Origin: Chrysomallon squamiferum
Lineage: Eukaryota; Animalia; Mollusca
Reading direction: 5' to 3'
Assembly (NCBI GenBank): GCA_012295275.1
Contig: CM022671.1
Location: 23,126,001 to 23,190,000 of the forward strand
Length of the DNA: 64,000 nt
Positions within the stretch are counted from its first letter, which is position 1; every line of letters starts with the position of its first letter. Positions 1-11,556 of the stretch are shown one piece after another. Below the pieces are notes generated by a model. It saw nothing but the letters and a program-made list of their open reading frames with translations. It had not been told where the DNA came from and did not search any database. Both the position numbers and the translations under genes were made by a program.

Positions 1-46
1 GAAAACATATTTTAATCTGAAGAACAGAGCTGCAGATATTTTTCAG
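1..46 (+). CDS. CYP4: CYP4 exon, truncated by window edge: [15 protein letters not shown]
   Basis: Frame from position 2; resembles the CYP4 D-helix region (LKPY..IFN....IM); donor CAG|GTACC at 47; phase 0 fits the next exon. Confidence 0.8.
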
Positions 47-1561
47 GTACCTTTTCTACAGATTTTGTTTCATAAATTTATATTTTTTATTGTTTTAAGT
101 AAAGAATATTGAATATTTTTGTTTTGTTCACTTGTATATAGAATTTTCAGTATTCTAAAATATATCAGGATCAATTTTGATAAGTGAATTTTAGAACTAT
201 TTCATTATTGTTAATACTGATCATGTTTAATTTGTATGTAAGATGAATATTTGGTGTTTTTATATTAGGATTGAACTCTAGCTAGAATTTAAGAAAATAC
301 ATTATTTTAAGGGAATGTCCATGGAGCTAAAATATGTGTCTTAAGTTTTGATTATACTGTATGTGCCAATGGCTTTTTTCCTGATACTATTTCATATGCC
401 ACAACTGGATTTCAAACACCATCTTTAGGAAATTGTACATTAGAATATCTCTTTCAGCTAACTGATAAAAATAGTTCACACAATGTCTGTCACAGATTTA
501 CTTGTTATTCAGAAGCCTTATGTTGACATGAACTATCATTAAAATATACTAAGATGTTGGCAAATACAGTTCTTCACTGTTTTATGTTTTTAAAAATTAT
601 TCTTCACACAGGAAAATATTACTAAATGATATATTAAAAATATATATATATATTTTTTTTTTTTTTTTAAATTATTATAGACTCAGTCATTGTAGAATTT
701 TTGGTTTGCTCATTTTCAACGAGTTTTTTTTGTACTTTCAAAACATTAATTTAAATTCTGGTATCTGCCTTCAGAATTTCTTTCAAAATAAAAAAAGAGT
801 TAATTATGAAATGTAATCTGTTTTTAGAGCAAGATGAAGAATTTTGCAGAAAGGAATGAATATTTTGAAGTTTTCTCAGAAGTCAGCATGTTCACTTTAG
901 ATGTTATTCTAAAATGTGCTTTCTCCTATGACATTGACTGTCAAAATCTGAAGTATATTTGTTTTGCTTTTGGTTTTTGAATTCTTTTCTTAAAATAATT
1001 AAAGCCAAAAAAAAAAAGTGGGCAACAATAATGTGTTTTATTTTTATTATATGTATTCTTGCAAATATACATTTAATATTATTTAACAAAATATTAAATG
1101 TAAACATAAAAATACCGTTCAGTTTTTATATCAGTATTGTAGCTTATAACTTCAGCAGAAATCAAGGCATTTGAAATTTGGTTACAAACTAAAATTAAAT
1201 AATTGATCTATGTTTTGGCTCATTCTTTTTTTTGAAAAAAAAAATCAAAATTTTAAAATTGTGTATTTTCATTGCTCATTTTAATATTTCATGTTTTAGA
1301 GAGAAACATCCTTATGTTGTTGCTGTGACTGAACTTGTTGATTTAACACTGGACAGATTTTTGTGAGTACATTTATATATTTTTTTTACTTTTGCAATTT
1401 ATAACACTACATCAATCTGTTTTTAGGGTGAATACTGTGGCAGACAGGAATCAATTAAAGATAACAAAAAAATATAAAAAAAATAATTTGGAATTTGTCT
1501 GCAGTTTATTTAATTATTTTGAAAAAGTTTTACCCTCTTTATTTTATTATATTTATTGTTA

Positions 1562-1615
<54 letters not shown>

Positions 1616-4600
1616 TTGTAATTTTATATTATTATATGTATTTTTTTAAGCAAACCATGGCTTCATTCAGATTTTCTTTACCTCTTAACTCCATCAGGTC
1701 GTAAGTTCAAGAAACACTGTGAGTTTGTTCACAAAGTTGCAGAAGAGGTTATTCAGAACAGAAAAAAAGCTTTGGTTGGTACTTTAATTTTTCTAATTTA
1801 GTGAAATCAGTAGCATTATAAAATGTGCACTTATGGGCAATGTCGAATGATATTTACCTTCTGTTTCTTTTCTATTGGAAAAAACATTAATAAAAATTAA
1901 TAAAAAATTAAATTATGAAAACATTAATAAAAATTAATAAAAAATTAAATTATGTTAAATAAAATAAAATAAAATAAAATAAAATAAAATAAAATAAATA
2001 AATGGATAAAAACAGCAATAAAAAATTAAAAGATTGAAAAATCAGTTTAATAATTATGTACATGCACTTGATGGAAGAAATCAAGCTGTCCCAATTTCAG
2101 GCAACGTCAAGTTTAGAACAAGAGTTGACGAGAAAAAAGAGATGCATGGATTTCCTTGATATACTTCTAACTGCTAAGGATGAAAATGGAACAGGTTTAT
2201 CTGACCAGGAAATCAGAGATGAAGTGGACACCTTTCTTTTTGAAGGTGAATATTAAATAAAAAATTTAAACATTAATTTGAAATTTTAATTTTGTGGATT
2301 CTTATAATTTTTTAAAAGAATGAAAAAATATTTCATTATTGGTATAGGTTGGCCTGTTTATGTTAAAATATATATGGATTTAGGTCATTTTTAGACAGGT
2401 TTCCATTAGTCAATTGTTCAAGAATGCCTGTCCTGGCACAGCCTCTGATTTCACTGAAGAGTTCTGTAAAATGTATTTTACTTTCTGACATGATAATGTG
2501 ACATTAAATGTAAAATAGATCTTTTGTTTTGTTTTCAGTCTTCATCATTTCTGATCTCCCACTGATTACTCTCATATATAATTTTTATTTTACTGTTACT
2601 ATTAATTTTTTTGTTTATTATTATTAAATAATTAATTGTGACAGGCCATGACACCACAGCCAGTGCTCTCTCGTGGACAATGTTTTCTTTAGCTGAACAT
2701 CCTGAGTACCAAAAAGAAGTACAAAGGGAGATCGATGACCTTATGGCCAGCAAACAAACTGAAGATATTGAAATGTAATGTTCTTCATTCAGCTTGAATA
2801 AATCTTTGTAATGATGCTGAATTTACACATTATCAGGAATATGTTAATTTATGCTTTTATATGGGTAAAACATCACAAATAAAAAAGATGAATTAAAAAA
2901 ATAAAAAAAGAACTAAAATTATCATCCTTATGAGAATACCTTTTTTGTCATACTTTATTATTAGCAAACAAATGGTTGCCTAAATCCAATAAATACAGCA
3001 GAAGGAAGTTTATAAAATATATTATCAAAGTTTACTTATGCCACCAAAGATCAATCTTGACAAAATTTTAATTAAAATTATATATAGATTTAGAAATAAT
3101 TCAAGTTTACCTTTCCAAAAAAATTTGTTTCTATTTTCAGATAAAGAAATAATATTTCATAATATTTCTGTATTTTAATTCATTCATTATTTAAACATGT
3201 TAAATATGCTCAATTTAACAGTGAAGATATGTCTAATCTGCCATTTCTGACAATGTGCATCAAGGAGAGTTTGCGTCTGCATTCTCCTGTTCCATTTATC
3301 CAGCGCCAGCTCACTCAGGACCTGGTTATAGATGGCAATAAGGTTCCAAGTGGAACTGTCATTACTGTACTTATTTACAACGTACATCACAATCCAATTG
3401 TTTGGGACAATTCTACAGTAAGTTTTTTAAATAGCAAAATTTTCATAGTTGTATTAAATGATGAAAAACCTTCAAATAATATCATTGTTCAGTTATTTGA
3501 AACAATTGTATCACATAATTATTCTCCGTTAAAATGACAAAAATCTGCAGTGTAAATCAATATAAAACATATTTACTATTATGCTATCTAATATTCATAT
3601 TTGTATTTTTATTATAAGCTGCTTAAAGAATTATTATGTTTATGTTTATTTGAGAACAATTATTTCTACAACATTTTATATTTTTAATTTTTTTTATTAT
3701 TAAACTATCATATTTTCATAACATTATCCCAAATCTCAGTCATATGAAATACATTCTAAGCTCAGTTGAGATGGCTTAAATATTTTGAAATTGTTAATAT
3801 CAGATAATTTCTTTTTATTAGGAATTTCAGCCAGAAAGATTCTCCCCTGAAAATGTTGAGAAACGAGATCCTTTTGCATTTGTTCCATTTTCAGCTGGAT
3901 CAAGGTCAGAATATGTTTTTAAATTTTGTTTTTTTTTATCTTAAAATATCAATAACCTTAAAATATAGCAAAACACCACTTACTTAATGGTGGCATTAAA
4001 CTTTAGAGAGATCAGCATTAACAAATGTGTTATTTTCTGTCACTAAACTGAATTATTTTGCTAGAAAAATATTGTATGTGAAATTTGCTAATACTTTATT
4101 TCCCCATACATTTTCTGTCTTCTAATTTTTTATTTTTTTTATTTTTTAATTTTATTTTACAATGACAAAATGTAAAGATTAACTTGATGAACAACTTTAC
4201 ATCTGATAATTCACCTAATTCTTTATAATTCATTTAAAAAATAAATCAACTAATACTTATTATAATTCGTTACCATATAATAAACATATAAACCATATGA
4301 TTATATTCCTGCTTCAAATATATCCATGAAATAAATAATATTTGTTTATTTAATTATAATTATTTTTTATGCTAACAGTAATTTTTAATTTTAAAATATT
4401 TAATTTGTTAAAATAAATTTAATTATACTTTTTATTTATATTTTTAAAGTAATTAAGAAAAATATTCATCTCTTTGTTATTTTTCTATCATCAGAACTTT
4501 ACTTTATACATTTCATTTGCAGAAACTGCATTGGCCAAACTTTTGCAATGCATGAGATTAAAATATTTCTGGCACGACTACTGTACAAGTAAGGAATTAA

Positions 4601-4980
4601 TTTTTTATTTTAATATACATAACTTTATGATCATGTATGTCACAGTGGAAAAATCCATTTATTTAATTAACCGTATAATGATATATTGTTATTATTGTTG
4701 CATGTTGTTATTATTATGAGATTCTTATTGCTAAACATTTATTTTGAAGGATTAAAAAAATAAAGTTCCTAAATGAAAATATCTTAAAACGTTAGAAGTA
4801 CAGTTGCACAGTTTGATCAAACTATGATGATATTATTTAAAAGTTAAACATTAACTTTGTTTTAGATACACTCTGGAGCTTGATCCAAATCACAAAGTGG
4901 AGAAAAAACTTGCTTTAGTCATGCGAGCTATGAATGGAATCAGAATGAGAGCAGTTCCAAGAGTTTCCTGCACAGAGTAA
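1..4980 (+). CDS. CYP4: Cytochrome P450 family 4 (CYP4F/4-clan-like), 3' portion; join(1..46,828..952,1300..1362,1651..1774,2101..2245,2645..2774,3222..3417,3822..3904,4523..4588,4866..4980); 5' end lies upstream of the window
   Basis: Manual splicing gives 1092 nt from position 2 (363 aa + TAA), with all introns GT..AG and consistent phases. Motifs: I-helix [13 protein letters not shown] (CYP4 signature), K-helix KESLR, PERF, heme-binding FSAGSRNCIG. Confidence 0.95.
828..952 (+). CDS. CYP4: CYP4 exon: [41 protein letters not shown](K)
   Basis: Acceptor TTTTTAG at 821-827; TLD.I.KCAFS..DCQ is the typical CYP4 E-helix; donor GTATAT at 953, phase 2. Confidence 0.9.
1300..1362 (+). CDS. CYP4: CYP4 exon: [20 protein letters not shown](F)
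   Basis: Acceptor TTTTAG, donor GTGAGT; F-helix-like Y..AV.EL..L...R pattern; phases 2/2. Confidence 0.9.
1552..1612. repeat. (ATT)n microsatellite in a CYP4 intron
   Basis: Direct inspection. Confidence 0.95.
1651..1774 (+). CDS. CYP4: CYP4 exon: [41 protein letters not shown]
   Basis: DFLY.LTP.GR.F...C..VH....VI..R is a CYP4F-like F-G/G-helix; acceptor TTTTTTTAAG, donor GTTGGT. Confidence 0.93.
1881..1954. repeat. 37-bp perfect tandem duplication, followed by (TAAAA)n
   Basis: AAAACATTAATAAAAATTAATAAAAAATTAAATTATG at 1881-1917 and 1918-1954. Confidence 0.85.
2101..2245 (+). CDS. CYP4: CYP4 exon: [48 protein letters not shown](G)
   Basis: DFLDILL and EIRDEVDTF motifs; acceptor TTTCAG, donor GTGAAT, phase 1. 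Confidence 0.96.
2645..2774 (+). CDS. CYP4: CYP4 exon: [43 protein letters not shown](I)
   Basis: I-helix GHDTTAS and J-helix LA.HPEYQ; acceptor ACAG, donor GTAATG. Confidence 0.96.
3222..3417 (+). CDS. CYP4: CYP4 exon: [65 protein letters not shown]
   Basis: [15 protein letters not shown] (ExxR) and HHNP.VW; acceptor AACAG, donor GTAAGT. Confidence 0.97.
3822..3904 (+). CDS. CYP4: CYP4 exon: [27 protein letters not shown](R)
   Basis: PERF motif and first half of the heme motif; acceptor TTATTAG, donor GTCAGA. Confidence 0.96.
4523..4588 (+). CDS. CYP4: CYP4 exon: [21 protein letters not shown](K), containing the heme-ligating Cys
   Basis: NCIGQ.FAM.E.K; acceptor TTTGCAG, donor GTAAGG. Confidence 0.96.
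4866..4980 (+). CDS. CYP4: CYP4 terminal exon: [37 protein letters not shown]
   Basis: Acceptor TTTTAG; LV.R..NGI C-terminal P450 pattern; TAA at 4978-4980. Confidence 0.93.
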
Positions 4981-5888
4981 TATTAATCTCTTACTCTGAA
5001 AATACTTTTACAGACATTTACAACAGAATACATCGAAGTTAATTATGGAGATGATGATTATTGATATTCTTGAAATTATGTATTATTTTTCTGAAATTAT
5101 GGTGAACAAACATTAAAAAGAAGACAGATTTCCTGTTCAGTTAGATTAATTTACGAGTATTACTAATATAATAATTATTATCATTACTACTGCTGTATAG
5201 ATTTCTCTGGAAATGTAATAGATTTTAAAATGTGATTGTCAATTAAATTACTATTACTGGCATCTATTATTGCTACTGTTCCTGCTGCATTTTTTCTTCT
5301 TTTTTTTTAAACCTCTTGCATACCTGTGTATAAGCACAGTCAGTGATTCAGTGGATATTATAATTGCAGTTTTATTTGATAGTTTTCAATCACATAATTT
5401 ATATCAGAATTAACTATATTGTAAACATTTGTTTATAACTTTTTTTACAAAACTTTAACCATGTTTTTGTAAAATGATTGTTGCATAATAATTTTTATAT
5501 TTTTATGTCTCATAATTTTAAATACACGTTTTCTTGTTACGATATTCATTTTATTATGCTGTATAATTAAAATATATAAATTATTTTTATACCCGAATTT
5601 AAAGATTTAAAAAAATACTGTCTTATTATTTTTACATCATATTCCATTTTGCACTTAGTAACTGTTTTGAAATGACTTTACTTAATTTACTCATATTTGT
5701 GTATTATTGTTTAAATTTTATTTTTAATGGTATTGCTTTAATTACTATGTATTTGGAATGATAATATAATTTTTATATAATCTTTAATTATTAATATTTT
5801 AACTTTTTATATTTGCCATAATTTACTTACATTTTGATTGTTATATTCAATTTAAAAAAAAAAATGTTGTGTGTAAAAATTAAATGTA

Positions 5889-5894
5889 AATAAA
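5889..5894 (+). promoter_or_regulatory. Candidate polyadenylation signal of the CYP4 3' UTR
   Basis: AATAAA ~0.9 kb after the stop codon, just before the CpG transition. AATAAA is common in DNA this AT-rich, so support is weak. Confidence 0.35.
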
Positions 5895-5921
5895 GATGTT
5901 TCAGAAATAATTAAAGCAGAA

Positions 5922-5974
<53 letters not shown>

Positions 5975-7203
5975 CATAAATAATTAATCTATGAAAACTA
6001 AAATTAATTAAAAAAAAAAAAATGTATTACGTGATCTAATACGATTTACAATTTAAATAACACGAACTTGTCAGAAACTAAAGAATAATTTACAGTTAAT
6101 AGATTTTGATTGTATTTTGCACAAATAAAGTTAAATACAGCATTGAAATTTTATATAATTTTTGGAAAAGAAAAGTATTCATATCAATATTCTTTTTTCC
6201 TGATTTTGTAAATGTATTTTTCTTCGGAAATTTAAAATTACTTTTAGAACAGAAACACGAAAATTTCTAAAGCGAACCAGTGGAGAAATATGTATAGTTA
6301 ATCACTAAAAATATTTTATTCCGGTAAACTTAAGAAGGTTTTGAAGGTGATGCAAGTCGGACTAAGTCTGGGAAGGTACGATATATTTACATTTACATAC
6401 ACACAGCAGTCAAACTCTGAACCCGCGCTATATCTAGTGTAGTGAAGTTCGTTCACTAGCACTTGACCCAGTGTCTATGGCTCAGTGCAAATGCATTATC
6501 AGTTAAAACCTCTGCTGTCATTACGATTATAATGTTTTGTCATGAATTCCTTTTACATACCTATTCATTATGTACATGCTTAATGATTATAGGCAAGGAC
6601 AATACAAACAGATATATATATTTAGTTAAATTATTTTGAACGTAAAACAAAGTAAATATTTGATTATTTGTTAAGGCAAAAATGAGAACATTAAAATGGT
6701 TAATTTATGATGATTCACAAATGTCGCTTTTGCCATATATTTCATTAACAAATGACGTATAATGAATTATGTGTTGCCACAGTGACAAATTATTTTAATA
6801 TTACACTGTATTTAGTTAAGATTTTCTGATTTTTATTTTAGGTTTAATTTCTTATGACGGTAATAGTATTAGTACATTTGGTTACGATATACACACGCGC
6901 GCGCGCGCACACGTTAACGCACAGTTTACTTACTTAAGTTTTCAAACACATTATTTCTATTACTAGAGTGTGAATGTTCTAAAACAGTTAATACGTGATA
7001 TATGTTCACAAAAAATATAATACTGTTACTTACTAGGCAAGAAACAAATACTAATAATCCTTGCAAAATGATGAAGAAAAACAACAAAAACAACAAAAAA
7101 ATAATATCAACAGTATAACAGTAACTTATCGACATTGGCAACAGTAACATCAGACACTGCAGCACCACCACCAGCAACATAGTTACAAGAAAAATTATAA
7201 CAA

Positions 7204-7214
7204 ATAATAATAAC

Positions 7215-7252
<38 letters not shown>

Positions 7253-7268
7253 TAAAAAATATAATAAC

Positions 7269-7314
<46 letters not shown>

Positions 7315-7372
7315 GTAATAATGATGATAATAATAATAATAATAATAATAAAATAATAATAATAATAATAAT
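7204..7372. repeat. Interrupted (AAT)n microsatellite
   Basis: Direct inspection; source of the poly-I/Y/L ORFs. Confidence 0.95.
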
Positions 7373-7751
7373 AAACAGGAAAGCACACGTTGTCCATCAC
7401 TAAAGCTGGCACCACTTCATCATAAGGTTACGTTTTCAACAAGCATGAACGTGACTGGCGCTGGAAGACGCTGTCAGTGGCAGTAGGCAGACAAAATACA
7501 TATCGTGTTCAACATAACCGAACAAGCAATGTTATCTTACTGCACGGCTCAGACATGCCATTAACATCAGTGCCAAGTGCCTGCTAGCGATACCCGACAA
7601 ACGAGCCAGCAGCTTACATGTTCCATTTCTTCAGAGGGAAGAAGAAAACATTCTTCATGTGCGATCTGTCAATCACTTTGAAGTGCTTGACAACTGCTGA
7701 AATATATCAGAAAAATCTATCCTCGACGTGAATGATGTTTGTGAAGATAAC

Positions 7752-7786
<35 letters not shown>

Positions 7787-9585
7787 GAAGAAGAAATGTG
7801 AAAGAAAGAAAGAAAAAGGAAGAAATTCTTGTAAAAAAGGAAGAAATTCTTGTAAAAAAGAAAGAAAGAAAAAAAGAAATAATAATTTGTAGGTTCTTCT
7901 CTTACGACTTTTGAAAACATTAATGAGGTAAGCGTTACGACTTTTGAAAAACAGAGATAACAAATGAGAAAGAAAAGATTGAGTTTGTTAAAGTCTACAC
8001 TGACAGTTGATGTTGTTATGGTATTCTTGTTTGTTTACTAGCAACTAACAGTAACAGTCATGAAAGTAGCACTGTTAATATTCTTTGTAATAATAAAAGT
8101 AGCAGTAGTTGTAATAATAGTATAGAACTTGAGATAGCATTCTTATAAGAAATAATACAAAAAAAAAAAATGGTGTTGACACTAACATTAATAAAACTGG
8201 AACTATGAACCACATTTTCGCACAAAAACCAAAATCACCAAATATTTATGAAAACAAACAAACATACACATTATTTGGTCTCTAAATGTTTATATGAAAG
8301 ACTTGAAATCTTACATTAAAAACATGAAACTTTTAATAACTAAATTATTATATTATTGTTATAACTTTCGACTACGCATGGCAAAACAGAAACTGAACTG
8401 TTTATTTTTGATAGTTAAAATTAACGTTTTTTGGATAATTAAAACAAAACCTTTTAACTTTATCTTAAATGCTTCATCACGGTTTATCTACAAATGAAAA
8501 TAATAAAAAGGAATTGTTGTGAAACTATTTTGTGACGAACTTAACAAGCAACATAGATAAAATATATAAATTTAGAACAAGCAAAGTGAAATTTCTTAAT
8601 CAGACATGAAGATGGCATCATATTTATACTGTCGTATGAGTAATGTAATTATAATAAATTAAATTATATTTTTAAAAATATACTAAGGGTAATGTTTACC
8701 TAACAAATAGAGAATGCATTCTAACCCAGTTTCACAGCACGATCTTTTCAACAACTCGAATATACGTATTGTAAAGACAATATGATATTCAATTAACACT
8801 ACAAACAACTTATAAGAGCATGTCCTCTTCATTAACATGCCATGCACAGACACTTTGTATATTTTTTTTAAAATATTACTGTGTATTAAATTCTCTTACT
8901 CGATGACTGTACAATTTACGAGAACAATTCATTGTCATTGTCAGGTATTTCCTGTTTAGGGCGGAGCGCATTCCAACGTTTATTTTGATGGCTTTCAGTT
9001 CAGCGGTTTTAGAATATGTTACACAAAGAGTGGGAGATTTTCACTATTAAGAACATTTCAGCTGTAATTATTTGTTACAAAAATTTATTTAGACACTGCT
9101 TTTATGTTTAGACAAATCTATCAAAAAAAAAAAAAAAAAAAAATATTTGTATTTATTACAATAACAATTATTATTATTACTGTAATAAATAAAAATATAA
9201 ACAATAACAACAACAAAATAATAATAATTAAAAAATATAATCATAATAATCATAAATAAAAACAATAATATATATAATATGATGATGATTGATGATATGA
9301 TGATGATGATAATAAAAATAATAAATAAATAAATAACAAAATAAATCAACCATGTGATTAGACAAAATGGACTTTTTAAGGGAAATAATAAACTGGATAA
9401 AAACAACGGTAATTTTCTTTTTAAGTTTTGAGAAATGGAAAAAAAACGGTTAAAACACAAAAGCAAGATATGACGGGTCCCACGATCTAAACTCTTCAGT
9501 TTTAGAAGATATTATCTGTCTCTCTGTTTTTTTCACAGCAAGTTATGATATATGGTTGATTTACTGACGCCTTTCCAGTCGTTAC

Positions 9586-9648
9586 GGTATTTGCTCTCCT
9601 CTCTGTTTGATGGTGCATATAAAAGATTCCTTGCTGCTAATCAGTAGA
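9586..9648 (+). mobile_element. SINE core relic (Meta/MESC-domain-like)
   Basis: GGTATTTGCTCTCCTCTCTGTTTGATGGTGCATATAAAAGATTCCTTGCTGCTAATCAG is shared, inverted, with 42476-42514 and in diverged form with 60071-60110. Family name is from recollection of mollusc SINE cores, not from a search. Confidence 0.6.
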
Positions 9649-9833
9649 TTCCTGTAGTCTATGAAAAAAATGCAAAAAATATTTTAAAGTAATGTGAAAT
9701 ATAAAATAGACGAAAAATTTGCACCATTTGTAAATGCAACATATACCAACAATTAAAAAGCAAATACATGCGCACCGTTCTTTAGAAAAGGCAAATATAA
9801 GAAAGAAAGAAAGTGAAAGAGACACTGACAAAG

Positions 9834-9897
<64 letters not shown>

Positions 9898-11198
9898 TAA
9901 ATCAAAAACATCATTACTGTTGTTGAAAACAACGTCATTCACCCTTCGTAAGGTTTTGAAAAGACGTATATCGAAACCTTTACTCTGCGAAATGTTTGAT
10001 AATTGAGGAAAAGGAACTCGGAAAGTGCAGCGATAATATCTGACAAAAATGTGACACATCGTTTTTCATCTTCCGTTAGGCGCGAGAATTTCTATTTCCC
10101 GTCCTGACAACGTTGACAGTCTCTCGCGCTAAGCGCGTGCACGAGAATGCCGTTGTTTAGACACTTGATGACAAAATTAATTGAAAAAGGCTTCAACAAA
10201 GAAGTTGGCAAATTGCGAAGTCGAAAGTTTACACCACATGTACTGCAGACAAATGGAGAAATTTTAGCGCCACGAGATACCCGCTGAAATGAGATGCATA
10301 CCAGACATTTTCTTTTGCACCTTTAACGCCGAGATGGTGTTCATAGAAAATATTCATTCGCGTGTTAGCTCTGGCGCGATTTCCGGTCCCGGGCATACAG
10401 GATCGTTCATTTGACAAACATATTTGTTCACGGATGAAAAGGCCGTGCAAAGTATGTGTTGACTGATGAATTCATTATTATGCAAGTAATGAAAAGATAT
10501 GTGGTAATAACGGGATTGGATCCATGGGCATCGTGTCAGATGGCTTGCGGAATGTTAGGTCTCACAAACCGTTTATTTTAATAATAATAATAATAATAAT
10601 GTAATTTTAATAATAATAATAATAATAATGTTGTTTTTAAAATATAAAACAAAAAAAATGAAGGAAAAATAGGATAAAAAAAAAAACATTTTATTAAAGT
10701 ATTTTAAAATTGAAAACCCAAATAAGTTCTTTACTCATTTAGTATTTACTCATTTAGTATTTCATTTAAATATAAATGTTAATTATGTAGTATTTTAGAA
10801 AAAAAAACAAGGTCTGGCGTGAAGAACATGAGCGCAGTCCTTACGTTTTCTTTATACTGATTTCATTCCGAAGTTAAAAAAACAAAACAAAAAAAAAAAA
10901 AAAAAAATGTAATATTAATATATTCATCTAGATTGAAAATGAGTTAGTAGTATTAATCTAGACTGAAAAACAGTTAATTTTGATAGCATCAGCATCAGTA
11001 ATAGTTATAACATAATAAAAACAGAATAATAATTTAGTTACAAAAAGTTCATGACATGAAAATAACTGCTTCATCGAGATAACATAAAATTTGAAAAAGA
11101 ACAGGAAAATAAAAATAATTAACAAAAAAAAAAAAAAAAAAAAAAAATAAATAAATAAATAGATAAAAAAAATAAAAATGAGTAACAACCCTAAAGAA

Positions 11199-11249
<51 letters not shown>

Positions 11250-11510
11250 TTTGACAAATCTGTACACGGTACACGGTGTAACTAGCCATATTATATTTAA
11301 CTACTTAATTACTGCATTGAAATTTTCTTCCAGCTTCACACCAAAACTATTGTATTTCATGTTAAAAAAGAATATGGCACTCTGTAATCGGGGTCGAAAT
11401 AATTTGTCAATATAGTTAGCTCGCAAAACTTTACCAATTATAAAACGGCTCTTATATGAAAAATAATCGTGTCCTTGTCATTGTGAGTAATGTGTGAGTA
11501 ATGTGGATAG

Positions 11511-11556
<46 letters not shown>

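Noticed and set aside
6437-6462. Hairpin GTG-TAGTGAA-GTTCG-TTCACTA-G-CAC as a possible Helitron end or ncRNA
   Set aside because: Short and AT-rich, no correctly placed terminal CTRR after it, and no second copy in the window.
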